Assembly: GCA_964389675.1 (NCBI GenBank)
Contig: CAYMEV010000002.1
Coordinates: 1 to 64,000 of the forward strand
DNA length: 64,000 nucleotides
Source: an uncultured Candidatus Sumerlaeota bacterium
GTDB taxonomy: Bacteria; CAYMEV01
Reading direction: 5' to 3'
Below, piece after piece: positions 18,196 through 27,500 of the stretch. Every line of letters begins with the position of its first letter. Position 1 is the first letter of the stretch. The notes beneath the pieces were generated by a model. That model did no database searches. It was not told the origin of the DNA and was given only the letters and a program-made list of their open reading frames with translations. Made by a program: the position numbers and the translations under genes.

Positions 18196-19566
18196 ATGAG
18201 TAGAGAAATACAGGATATGCTCAGAAAAGCCAGGTGTGATTATGGAGAGGCACATATTGAAGAAACAGATACAAAGACTATCAGATTTATTGGTAAAGAA
18301 CTGAGCGGGATAAATATCAGCAGGGATTTCGGGGGGAATGTCAGAATTCTTGAAAATAACGGATGGGCATTTTCAACCTTTAATAATATTGATAATATTA
18401 AGGATATAATACCAAAGACAGCTGAAACAGCCAGAGAAGTCGGATCAATCAGCAATTTCAAGGTAAAGCTTGGACAGGCCCCTGCAATTGAAGACAATGT
18501 GGAGCTTGATCTGAGATCTGATCCAAGGAAGGCTTCTCTTCAGGAAAAAGTAGATATAATGAAATCATATGCAGATATTCCCCTTTCAAAAAGCAGTTTA
18601 ATAAAATCCGTTTCCGTTCTTTATCAGGAGAAGTTTAAAAAACTTATATTCATTAATTCGGAGGGTTCCTTTATTACTCAGGAAAGAATGGAGTTGTCTG
18701 CATCAATAGTAGTAACCGGGAGCAAGAATGGAAAAACTGAGATACAGTCCAGGAACTGGAGCAATAACAATGATTATCAAAAATGGCTGAACAGGGAAGA
18801 TGATATAAAAAACCTTACAGAACTTGTCATTATGTATCTGGACGCAAAAGACGTAAAAAGCGGAATATACCCTGTAGTATGCGGACCATCACAAACAGGC
18901 CTTTTTGTACATGAAGCATTCGGCCATCTTTCGGAAGCAGACAAGGTCTATAAGAATGACAGCCTGAGAGATATAATGAAGCTTGGAAGGGTATTTGGCC
19001 CTAAGATCCTGAATATTACCGATTCAGGACTTGATACCGGGCAGAGAGGCAGCCTGGTATATGACGATGAGGGTGTGAAAACACGAAAGACTTACCTTGT
19101 CCGTGAAGGAGTACTGGTAGGCAGGCTTCATTCACGGCAGACAGCAGGCATTATGAATGAATCTCCGACAGGTAATGCAAGAGCCATAAGCTATATTTAT
19201 CCGCCAATAGTGAGAATGAGAAATACCTCAATTGAAGCAGGAGAATCAAGCTTTGAGGATATAATATCTACCATAAAGCTGGGAATATATGCAAAGAGGT
19301 CAAAAGGCGGCCAGACTGGAGGGGAGATGTTTACATTCTCTCCCGCGGAGACATATTATATAAGGGATGGAAAGGTTGCTGAGCCGGTGAGGAATGTAAC
19401 ATTTACAGGCAATCTTTTTAAGACGCTCCAGAATATTGAAATGATAGGTAATGATTATCAGATCTCTTCAGGAAATTGCGGTAAGGGTGAGCAGTTCCCA
19501 TTACCTGTCAGCTTTTCAGGGCCTCATATAAAAATCAATTCAGTAACTGTAGGAGGGTCAGAGTAA
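18196..19566 (+). CDS. tldD: TldD-family metalloprotease subunit
   Basis: HEAFGH, YDDEGV, TGNAR, RMRNT and CGK.EQ motifs; start set by AAGGAG spacing (ORF track starts at 18190). Confidence 0.92.
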   Translation: MSREIQDMLRKARCDYGEAHIEETDTKTIRFIGKELSGINISRDFGGNVRILENNGWAFSTFNNIDNIKDIIPKTAETAREVGSISNFKVKLGQAPAIEDNVELDLRSDPRKASLQEKVDIMKSYADIPLSKSSLIKSVSVLYQEKFKKLIFINSEGSFITQERMELSASIVVTGSKNGKTEIQSRNWSNNNDYQKWLNREDDIKNLTELVIMYLDAKDVKSGIYPVVCGPSQTGLFVHEAFGHLSEADKVYKNDSLRDIMKLGRVFGPKILNITDSGLDTGQRGSLVYDDEGVKTRKTYLVREGVLVGRLHSRQTAGIMNESPTGNARAISYIYPPIVRMRNTSIEAGESSFEDIISTIKLGIYAKRSKGGQTGGEMFTFSPAETYYIRDGKVAEPVRNVTFTGNLFKTLQNIEMIGNDYQISSGNCGKGEQFPLPVSFSGPHIKINSVTVGGSE

Positions 19567-20903
19567 TGCAGAACAACGAAAGCCGGTTAATAGATGCTAT
19601 AAGGAAGAAAGGCTGCAGGGGGGAGCTTTTTGCACTTGGAAATAACTGTATACAGATTCTCTTTGAAGACCAGGTAATTTCATATGTGAAAGAGGGTGAA
19701 AACAAGGGCTATTATCTGAGGATGATAGACAGGGAAGGAAGGATGGGACAGATTGCATTTACCGTAATAGACAATATTGAAGAGCTAATTGACAGCTGCC
19801 TTCTTTCAGCCCGTTTCCAGAAAAAGACCAGTATTGATTTTGAAGAATCAAGCATCTATAAAGACAATAGATTTTCAGACCCTGTATTTGAATCTCTGAG
19901 CGGCAAGGAACTTATAACCCTCGGTAATAAACTGATAGGGCATATTCGATCAATAGACGAAAATATTAAGGGCCCGATATACCTGGAGAAAAACCATTAT
20001 GATATAAGCATATTAACTGCAGATAATGCTGTAAGGTCGTTTAAGAAGGGAAGAATAAGCCTTGAAATTGAAGGTAAACTATCCAGGGAAGGTGACCTGA
20101 TACAGTTTAACAGATTCTACAGCCACAGCAAAAAACTTCCGGATGTAAAAGCTATATCTGACAGCATTAAAAATGATTATTCAAACTGCTCTAACATTGT
20201 CAGCCTTCCTTCAGGAAAATATACCGTAATACTCGATCCGGAGGTTTTTGAGGATATATCAAGGCCTATTGAAGCCCTGTTTAATGGAAGGAATATTGAG
20301 AAAAAGACGTCAGCGCTATGGGACAAGATGGGTATGAAGATATTTGATGAAAGGATAAATATCTGCGATGACCCGGGATATCCATTCCTCGAAAACAGTG
20401 TCCCGTTTGATGATGAAGGCGTTATTTCACAGAGGCTTAATCTGGTAAATAATGGTATTATGAGTGATATTCTTCTGGATAAGGAATCCTCAAGCCTGCT
20501 TTGCAGGACAGATAACGGGAGGGGATTCAAAAGAAGGGCATTGCTGGGGGGGAGGACATATGATGCAGTTCCTCAGCCCTCAATTACCAACCTGTTCTTA
20601 AAGGGTGGCGATATGGACATTGACAGCATATTCAGGCATTCCGAAAAGGCTGTATATATAAAATCACTTATGGGAACCATACTTGGGCACCATATCAGCG
20701 GGTATGTATCAGGCAATGTCTGGCTGGGATTTTTTGTAGAAAATGGCAAAATAACGGGAAGGATAAAGGATGTTGTATTCAGTATAAATGTACTGGAGGC
20801 ATTCAGGGATCATATTGCCGGGTTAAGCAGGGAAGTATATTTCAACAGGTACCTATCTTCTCCGTATATCCTGCTTAAAGATATACAGCTGACTTCAAAA
20901 TAA
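19566..20903 (+). CDS. pmbA: TldE/PmbA-family non-catalytic subunit (divergent)
   Basis: PFDDEGV motif, no HExxxH, TAATG overlap with tldD. Confidence 0.85.
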   Translation: MQNNESRLIDAIRKKGCRGELFALGNNCIQILFEDQVISYVKEGENKGYYLRMIDREGRMGQIAFTVIDNIEELIDSCLLSARFQKKTSIDFEESSIYKDNRFSDPVFESLSGKELITLGNKLIGHIRSIDENIKGPIYLEKNHYDISILTADNAVRSFKKGRISLEIEGKLSREGDLIQFNRFYSHSKKLPDVKAISDSIKNDYSNCSNIVSLPSGKYTVILDPEVFEDISRPIEALFNGRNIEKKTSALWDKMGMKIFDERINICDDPGYPFLENSVPFDDEGVISQRLNLVNNGIMSDILLDKESSSLLCRTDNGRGFKRRALLGGRTYDAVPQPSITNLFLKGGDMDIDSIFRHSEKAVYIKSLMGTILGHHISGYVSGNVWLGFFVENGKITGRIKDVVFSINVLEAFRDHIAGLSREVYFNRYLSSPYILLKDIQLTSK

Positions 20904-20916
20904 AGGAGGATATTCT

Positions 20917-21705
20917 ATGTGTACTATAGGTGCTGTATTAAATAAGGATGGAAGGCTTATAATGTTTAAAAACCTGGACCTTACCTTCCAGTGGGCTTTT
21001 GCAGAACCTGAGGTATTGAATGTCAAAGGGCTGACCATTATAGAGTTCCCCTCTTTTGTTGACAGAAGCCAGGAAGGGATATGGGCTGGTATAAACAGCA
21101 TGGGGTTCGGCATCTATGGTGCAGATGGCGATGCACTATTCAACAGGACAGGGGAGGATTACGGAAGCGTAAACCTGATAAGAAAAGCATATAAGGATAC
21201 CCTTGAGAATAACAGATCTGTCAGGACAGGATACCATTATCTGATCGAGCTTTATAAAAGGTACAATATAGGAGGTGACGGCGATCTTATACTTATGGCG
21301 GACCCTGATGAGATATGTGTTCTTGAATATGGCATTGATAAATGGGGAATACAGTTTTATAAAAGGGAAAACTATGCATTCAGGACTAATTTCTATACTG
21401 TCCTTCAGCATTATTCCCCCTCTCAGTATGAAAACTCGAGATATATGAGCCACAGGAAGAGGTATGAGACATTAATGTCCCTGCTGAGCAGGAAATCGCA
21501 TGATTCTGACATAGAAGATATAAAAGCAGTACTGAGAGACCATACAAACGGGCCGGGAGCCATGTCAATCTGCAGGCACGGGGGGCAGAAAGAGTTTTAT
21601 ACCCAGGCTTCGAACATAATGATCTTTGATAAGGGAAAGATTGATGTATACTATGTCATTAACGGATTTCCCTGCAGGAACAAGTACAGGCACCTATCCC
21701 TCTAA
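20917..21705 (+). CDS. N-terminal Cys nucleophile (Ntn) hydrolase, C45-like
   Basis: Begins M-CTIG; KNLD, GINS.G, RTN and LRDH..GP..ICRHG motifs; GGAGG RBS. Confidence 0.7.
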   Translation: MCTIGAVLNKDGRLIMFKNLDLTFQWAFAEPEVLNVKGLTIIEFPSFVDRSQEGIWAGINSMGFGIYGADGDALFNRTGEDYGSVNLIRKAYKDTLENNRSVRTGYHYLIELYKRYNIGGDGDLILMADPDEICVLEYGIDKWGIQFYKRENYAFRTNFYTVLQHYSPSQYENSRYMSHRKRYETLMSLLSRKSHDSDIEDIKAVLRDHTNGPGAMSICRHGGQKEFYTQASNIMIFDKGKIDVYYVINGFPCRNKYRHLSL

Positions 21706-21782
21706 GTTAACCGGCATCATTATTAATTATCAGCTGCGATGCCTATTAATAATCAATTATGCCCTTAGGGTCAGGTGTTTGA

Positions 21783-24299
21783 CTATCTGAAAACCGGGTT
21801 TGACCCGGGCATGATACCCTTAAGATACAGGACCGGGTAGCCCTGGTTATCCGTTCTTACATCATCCGGCCAGTTGAAACGGGGATTGATCCTCCTGTAG
21901 AAATCCAGGTCATAGGGCCTTAATGTTGCCAGTACATTGTTATTGCTGTCCAGAGAAAAAATATTAGGGGCTATGGAGAAGTCTGTTTCCCCAAGTCTGG
22001 TTTTTATGAGGTATCTTGGTACCTCGCGGCCGCTTCCGTACCTTCTTACATATGTGGCTATGTCGATAATTACATTCAGGTCTACGGGATTTGAGTCATT
22101 CCATTCGCTCTGGACAGGTGCACCTGTAATAATTATATTATTGAACTCTATTCCAAGATCCCGGCATTTATATGATAATTCAAGCATATCCCTTTCATTG
22201 TCATTTATATAGCCAAGTACCGGGGTATTGTTATATACAGTTATTCCACGCATTCTCAATTCCCTTATTATTCTTGAGTGCTCTGGAAGCAGTTGTGATG
22301 GATGGAGTATCTCAACCTCCAGTTCAATCCTTTTGGGCTTAATGACCCGGAGATGGTTTCTGCCTGCAAGGCTGTCTATTAGCAGCCTTGTAAAGGTTCC
22401 CGGGGAATTAATCAGTTTCAGTGAACGAAGACGGATTGAAGAGATGTGAGTTATAGCCTCCAGGCTGTCAATTATGCCAAGGGTCCTTGAAAAATCATTT
22501 GCAGGGTCGTTCTTGCTCCATAATACAATATCGGTTATTTCATTCCTTTTATTAATATAGGATACAGAGTTTTCTATGGTATCATCATCAGCTCCTATAT
22601 CCATTTCTACCCTGCTGTAGTGTGAACGGGTCAATGCCCTGCCGGAGTCAGGATCCAGGCTGCAGATTGGAAGCTGATCCTCCTTCTGTCTTGTTTTAAG
22701 GCTTTCAAGCCAGTAGGCGACTGTTTCCTCAGTTCGGGCAATTTTATTTTCAAATGCTTCAGGAGATGAGCTGAGAACACGATTCCCTGCCAGGAGGTTT
22801 TCATCTCCTATCTCAGACATGAAGCTTGCATCAAGAGTCCCTTCCTCGTTAATCCGGGTACGCCGGCTGACCTGCATTATAGGTGCAAAAGACATATAAT
22901 AATCAGGATCATAGGGTGTCCTCAACCATATATACCGTGGATCCTCTTTGTGCCTTTCGACTGCCCATCCGCTTGAGTTCCAGTCCAGCTTCCCAATGCA
23001 TGTTGCTGTTGTCAGGTGCGGCATCCCTCTGTCTGAAAGATACATGCGCAGATGCCTGTAGACTTCCAGCCCCTCAGAAAGGGGGGCCCAGTATGTCCTG
23101 TTACCCTGTATCGGGCTTGTAGGAAGAAATATATAGTGCATTTCCGCGCCGGCTGCACGAAGCATATTAAACAGATCGCACATCACATGCCAGTCATTAT
23201 TACATCCTGCTATGAACGGTGTCTGGACATAAACAGGTATTCCATTATTGACCAGTTGTGAAATTATATCCAGGCTTTCAGCTGAGACTTCATCAGAGTG
23301 GACAAAATGTGTTGCAACTTCAATTCTTTTTCCCTTTCCGATGAGTTCAAGGTTCATCCTTATAAGATACCTTATCCAGGAGTCATCTTCCTTAAGGAAC
23401 ATTTCAGGGTAATATGATATTGTCCTTGTTGCAAGGCGAAGAGTCTTTACATGCGGTATTTTGCCAAGTTCCTGAATGGCAAAGCGGAGTGTCGCCCTGT
23501 TCATGAATGGATCCCCGCCTGTAAGAACTATCTCTTTGACTTCAGGGGCTTCCTTTATATAGGCTATTGCCTGGCGTACATGCAACTGTGTAGGAGAACT
23601 CTGATTGCGGCATTCCTTGTGCTTTCTGAAGCAGAATCTGCAGTATACGGGGCATGCCATGTTCATTATAAAGATTACCCTGTTTTTGTACATCTGCTCT
23701 ACTATGCCCCTGAAAAACTGTCCTACCCATGTATGTATCTCCCCTTCCTTGTCAAGCTCTCCCGCAAAGGGGGCATATTGACGGCTTACACCGTAAGACA
23801 GCCTCATCTGCCTTATTGCATGGTATGAAAGGCGCACAGGGTACAAATCCAGCACTTTTTCGATCTGGCTTCTTTCTTCAGACGGGACCTTTATATTGGT
23901 CAGGTCCTCGAGTTGTTCAATTGTCCTGATTGTCTTAAAGCCCCTGCCGGGTATCAGTACCTCAAGCACTGCCATAAGGAAATGATAGGGCAGGACTATT
24001 GAGCCGATCTTTACAGGCATTCCTTCTCCGTTGCTTGCTGATTGAAGCCTTCGGGTCAGCTCCCTTAAAAAGCCATCGGGATCATCCTTAAAACCTGTTT
24101 TTTCAAGCAGGGCCGAAAAACGTGAATTTCCTGTAGAACCGCTTATTGCATCCCTAAACTGATCACTGACCAGTGGATAATCATTGTAATATTCCAGAAA
24201 TTCAATGATCCTGTCTTTAAGTAACTGAATATTGATGCTTCTGCTCTGGCGTGCATTCTTGAACTTGATACTGATGGTCTGGCTGTCTGTTTTTTTCAT
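21783..24299 (-). CDS. KamA/lysine 2,3-aminomutase-family radical SAM protein with a second, degenerate KamA-like domain
   Basis: CPVYCRFCFRK, LTGGDPF and THFVH motifs; the C-terminal half repeats the fold (ILHP, NNTPVLGYIND, VPRY) without CxxxCxxC. Confidence 0.82.
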   Translation of the reverse strand: MKKTDSQTISIKFKNARQSRSINIQLLKDRIIEFLEYYNDYPLVSDQFRDAISGSTGNSRFSALLEKTGFKDDPDGFLRELTRRLQSASNGEGMPVKIGSIVLPYHFLMAVLEVLIPGRGFKTIRTIEQLEDLTNIKVPSEERSQIEKVLDLYPVRLSYHAIRQMRLSYGVSRQYAPFAGELDKEGEIHTWVGQFFRGIVEQMYKNRVIFIMNMACPVYCRFCFRKHKECRNQSSPTQLHVRQAIAYIKEAPEVKEIVLTGGDPFMNRATLRFAIQELGKIPHVKTLRLATRTISYYPEMFLKEDDSWIRYLIRMNLELIGKGKRIEVATHFVHSDEVSAESLDIISQLVNNGIPVYVQTPFIAGCNNDWHVMCDLFNMLRAAGAEMHYIFLPTSPIQGNRTYWAPLSEGLEVYRHLRMYLSDRGMPHLTTATCIGKLDWNSSGWAVERHKEDPRYIWLRTPYDPDYYMSFAPIMQVSRRTRINEEGTLDASFMSEIGDENLLAGNRVLSSSPEAFENKIARTEETVAYWLESLKTRQKEDQLPICSLDPDSGRALTRSHYSRVEMDIGADDDTIENSVSYINKRNEITDIVLWSKNDPANDFSRTLGIIDSLEAITHISSIRLRSLKLINSPGTFTRLLIDSLAGRNHLRVIKPKRIELEVEILHPSQLLPEHSRIIRELRMRGITVYNNTPVLGYINDNERDMLELSYKCRDLGIEFNNIIITGAPVQSEWNDSNPVDLNVIIDIATYVRRYGSGREVPRYLIKTRLGETDFSIAPNIFSLDSNNNVLATLRPYDLDFYRRINPRFNWPDDVRTDNQGYPVLYLKGIMPGSNPVFR

Positions 24300-24545
24300 A
24301 ATTGTTCTCCTTTAATGTCTGTTGAATCTGCATTTTTGGCTAAAAATGGGAATTTCCCCTGGAATATTTGTTTCTGATGAGAAATATTCGCTTATAACAG
24401 ATCTTTTATTAGCATAATATTAATGATAGCATAGGACAGGTTTTTTTTCAAGGGACTTTTTGACTTTTCAAATCCAGTAAATTAAACTGAAAAAATTCAG
24501 GAAGGCTAAAATCATTTATAACATAGAATATCAGGATTTTTCCCA

Positions 24546-27500
24546 CTATGAATGTTTTGCTTCCAGTCGGGAGATAAAACCATTTATTGAACGGAGATAT
24601 GCTTTGTCTTTAAGCTTTTCTGCTTCATTTCTGGCATATTTGGCAGTTTCCAATGCTTTGGCAAATTTATGGAATGATTTGTATGCCTTTGCATGATCAA
24701 ATATATTATTTACAAGAAGAGGATTACCTTCAGGCCACAATCTTTTTCTGATGGATATTGCCCTGTTAAAATGCTTTTCAGTGAGTGCTTCGTTTTTGAG
24801 CAGAAGATATGTCCTACCGAGGTAATAATATGTATAAGCTGTATTCTGATTATCCTCCCCTATAGTTTTGAGCTGAATATCAAGAGATTCCTGAAGGTAT
24901 GGAAGAGCTTTTTCTGGCTGTCTCAACCCGTTGTATGCCTCGGCTATTCCATTTAACGGAAAGGAATTAAACTGGTGTATTTTGCCAAAAAGGCTGACAA
25001 ATATATTATAGGCTTTTTTGAAATATTTTATGGAACGTTTGTAGTCCTTCCTATGGTTATATATAACTCCAATATTGTTATAGACCATGGCTGTCTCTTT
25101 ATGCTTTCTGCTTCCCAGGCATTTTTTCTGTATTCTTGCTGCCTTTTTCAGGTATTCCTCTGCCTCATCATATTTTTTCATATTCATGTAAACATTACCA
25201 GTACTGTAATAATTGCTGAACAGGTCAAGATGCCTTTCCCCCCAGTATTTAAGGATTATTTTCCTGGATTGTTCAAACAGCTTTAAGGATTGTTTCAATT
25301 CTCCAGTGTTCATGGCTACCAGGCCCAGGTTTGTCAGGATTTTGCTTTCATCAGGATGGCCATCAGGGTGATGCTCCCGATAAATTTCAAGTTCAGTATT
25401 GTAGAGTTCCCATGCTTTCGCAAAATTGCCTATATAAAAATTTGCACTGCCAAAGCTGTGGTAAGAGCCTGTTGTCTGCCAGTGCCTCTGGCCCAGGATC
25501 TCAATATTGATATCATGAGCCTTTTTGCTGTATTTATAGTGCTTATTAAGGTCACCCAGGAAAAAATAGTTTACAGACATGCTTTCCAGCAGAGCTGCCA
25601 TAAAAGTGTGCTTTTCTCCATATGTCTTTTTCCAGATATCGAATGCCTGATTATACAGATCAAGAGCAGACTGGTAATTCCCCATCATATTTTCAACATT
25701 CCCAAGGCTTTTAATTACATTTGCAGTGTCTGGATGATCTCTTCCCAGAGTTTTTGTATAAATATCCAGTGCTTTTTCCATATAGTTTCTGCATTCAATC
25801 AATTGGGTCAATTTGAATAAATTCTGTCCGATTATCAGATATAATTTCCCTATTTCAAGGCTTTCCCCGGGGAGGGAGCCTAATTTATCATCAAGTATGG
25901 ATTTTGTTATTTCCAGTGACTGGCTATAATTGCCTTTATTATAAAGTATATCCGATTTTTTCAGGAGAAGGGCTTCACGATAAGGCCTGGAATGAACAGC
26001 ATTGCTTTTAATCTTTGATATATATGAGTTTACAGCATTAAGAGCAGCATCAAAATTTCCGATGCTTATATAGCTGTCGGCGTAATCTGTGGTGATCTCT
26101 ACCTGGATATTTTGGGGTATATTTCTGAAAAATCTGCTAAATTTATTGAGCTTTAATAATGCCTGTTCAGGAAGATGCTTGTTCAGGAATGCTTTGATCA
26201 AGCTGTGCTCAATTTCCCAGACAGGAGAAATATCCCCAGGGTTTATCCTTTTCTGTAATAATAATGCTTTATTAAAAAAAACAATGGCTGATTCATTTTC
26301 ATAGTTCTTCATTGATTCTTTGCCTGATAAAAGGCAGTATTTTTTTGCCATCTCCATTTTTTCTGATTGTTCGTAGTGAAAAGCGATCTCGGGGTATTTT
26401 GTAGGATCATTGCTGGAGATATTCTCCAATGATACAGCTGCTAATTCATGAAGCTTGCGCAGCCTTGATTTTAATTGCATTTCATAGACAGCTTCATGCA
26501 AAAGAGCATGCTTAAAAATGTATTTTAATTCAGAAAGGGCATCCCAGACCCTTTCCATCTTTCCCTTTTCAAGTATTATTCCAAGGTTCTCCTGCCTTAC
26601 GGAAGCCTGGAGAGCTCTTTTTGCGGTGAGAATTCGTATCAGTTCAAGGAGAAGGATTATTTCAAATTCCCTCCCAAGGACAGCAGCAATCTGTATGGTA
26701 TCTTTGAGGTCTTTGGATAATCTGTCGATACGGGATATTAGAATGGCATTTATCTTTGAAGGAATATGGCTGACCGCTTTTTTCTTAAGAGAGATATTTC
26801 CTGCAGAAAAATCCAGCAGGCCATTTTCCTGAAGATAAAAACAGAACTGGTCAATATAGAAAGGATTTCCTTCTGTTTTTTCAAGGATAAACCTGAAAAG
26901 CCTGTCATCGACCTTCTTTTTCAGGATTTCCTGTACATAATATCCTGTTTCTTTTCTCTTTAGCCTGCTTAAGTCGATCTCAAGACGCGGGATATCTTTA
27001 TCAGAGCTCAGTATGGGTTTAATATTCCCTTCTGATCTTCCGGTTGCAAATATAATAATTGGAAAGTCCCATATCATCCTTGTAAGTACCTTAAAGACCC
27101 CCTGTGAATCCTTATCAAGGAAGTGAATATCTTCTACCACAATAACAAGAGGATGAATGCAGCTTAGGGCTTTGAAAAATTCTTTTACAGCAAATCTTGT
27201 CACATTGGGAATATCTTTCGGCGATATGCTTTCAAGTATGGAATCTTTCAGTTTCAATCCAATAAGGGAAGCAATGACTGACTTTATGCGGATCAGTTCA
27301 GATATCTGCTTATTACCAGGTGCAATCCTATCTAATTTATTAACCAGTTCTGAGTAGATCGCTTCAAAAGCATTCCTTTTATCCTCAAGGCTGGTCTTTT
27401 TATGCTGGTCAAAGTAGTTGGAAAAATAATAGACAAATGGTGAAAGGCTTTTTCTGACAAATTCATCTGTCTGCAGGATTGCAAGGTTGATAATGCCCTG

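Noticed and set aside
21767-21783. AGGGTCAGGTGTTTGAC and a loosely similar reverse motif near 4356-4368 as REP-like ends
   Set aside because: The match is too short and imperfect to distinguish from chance.
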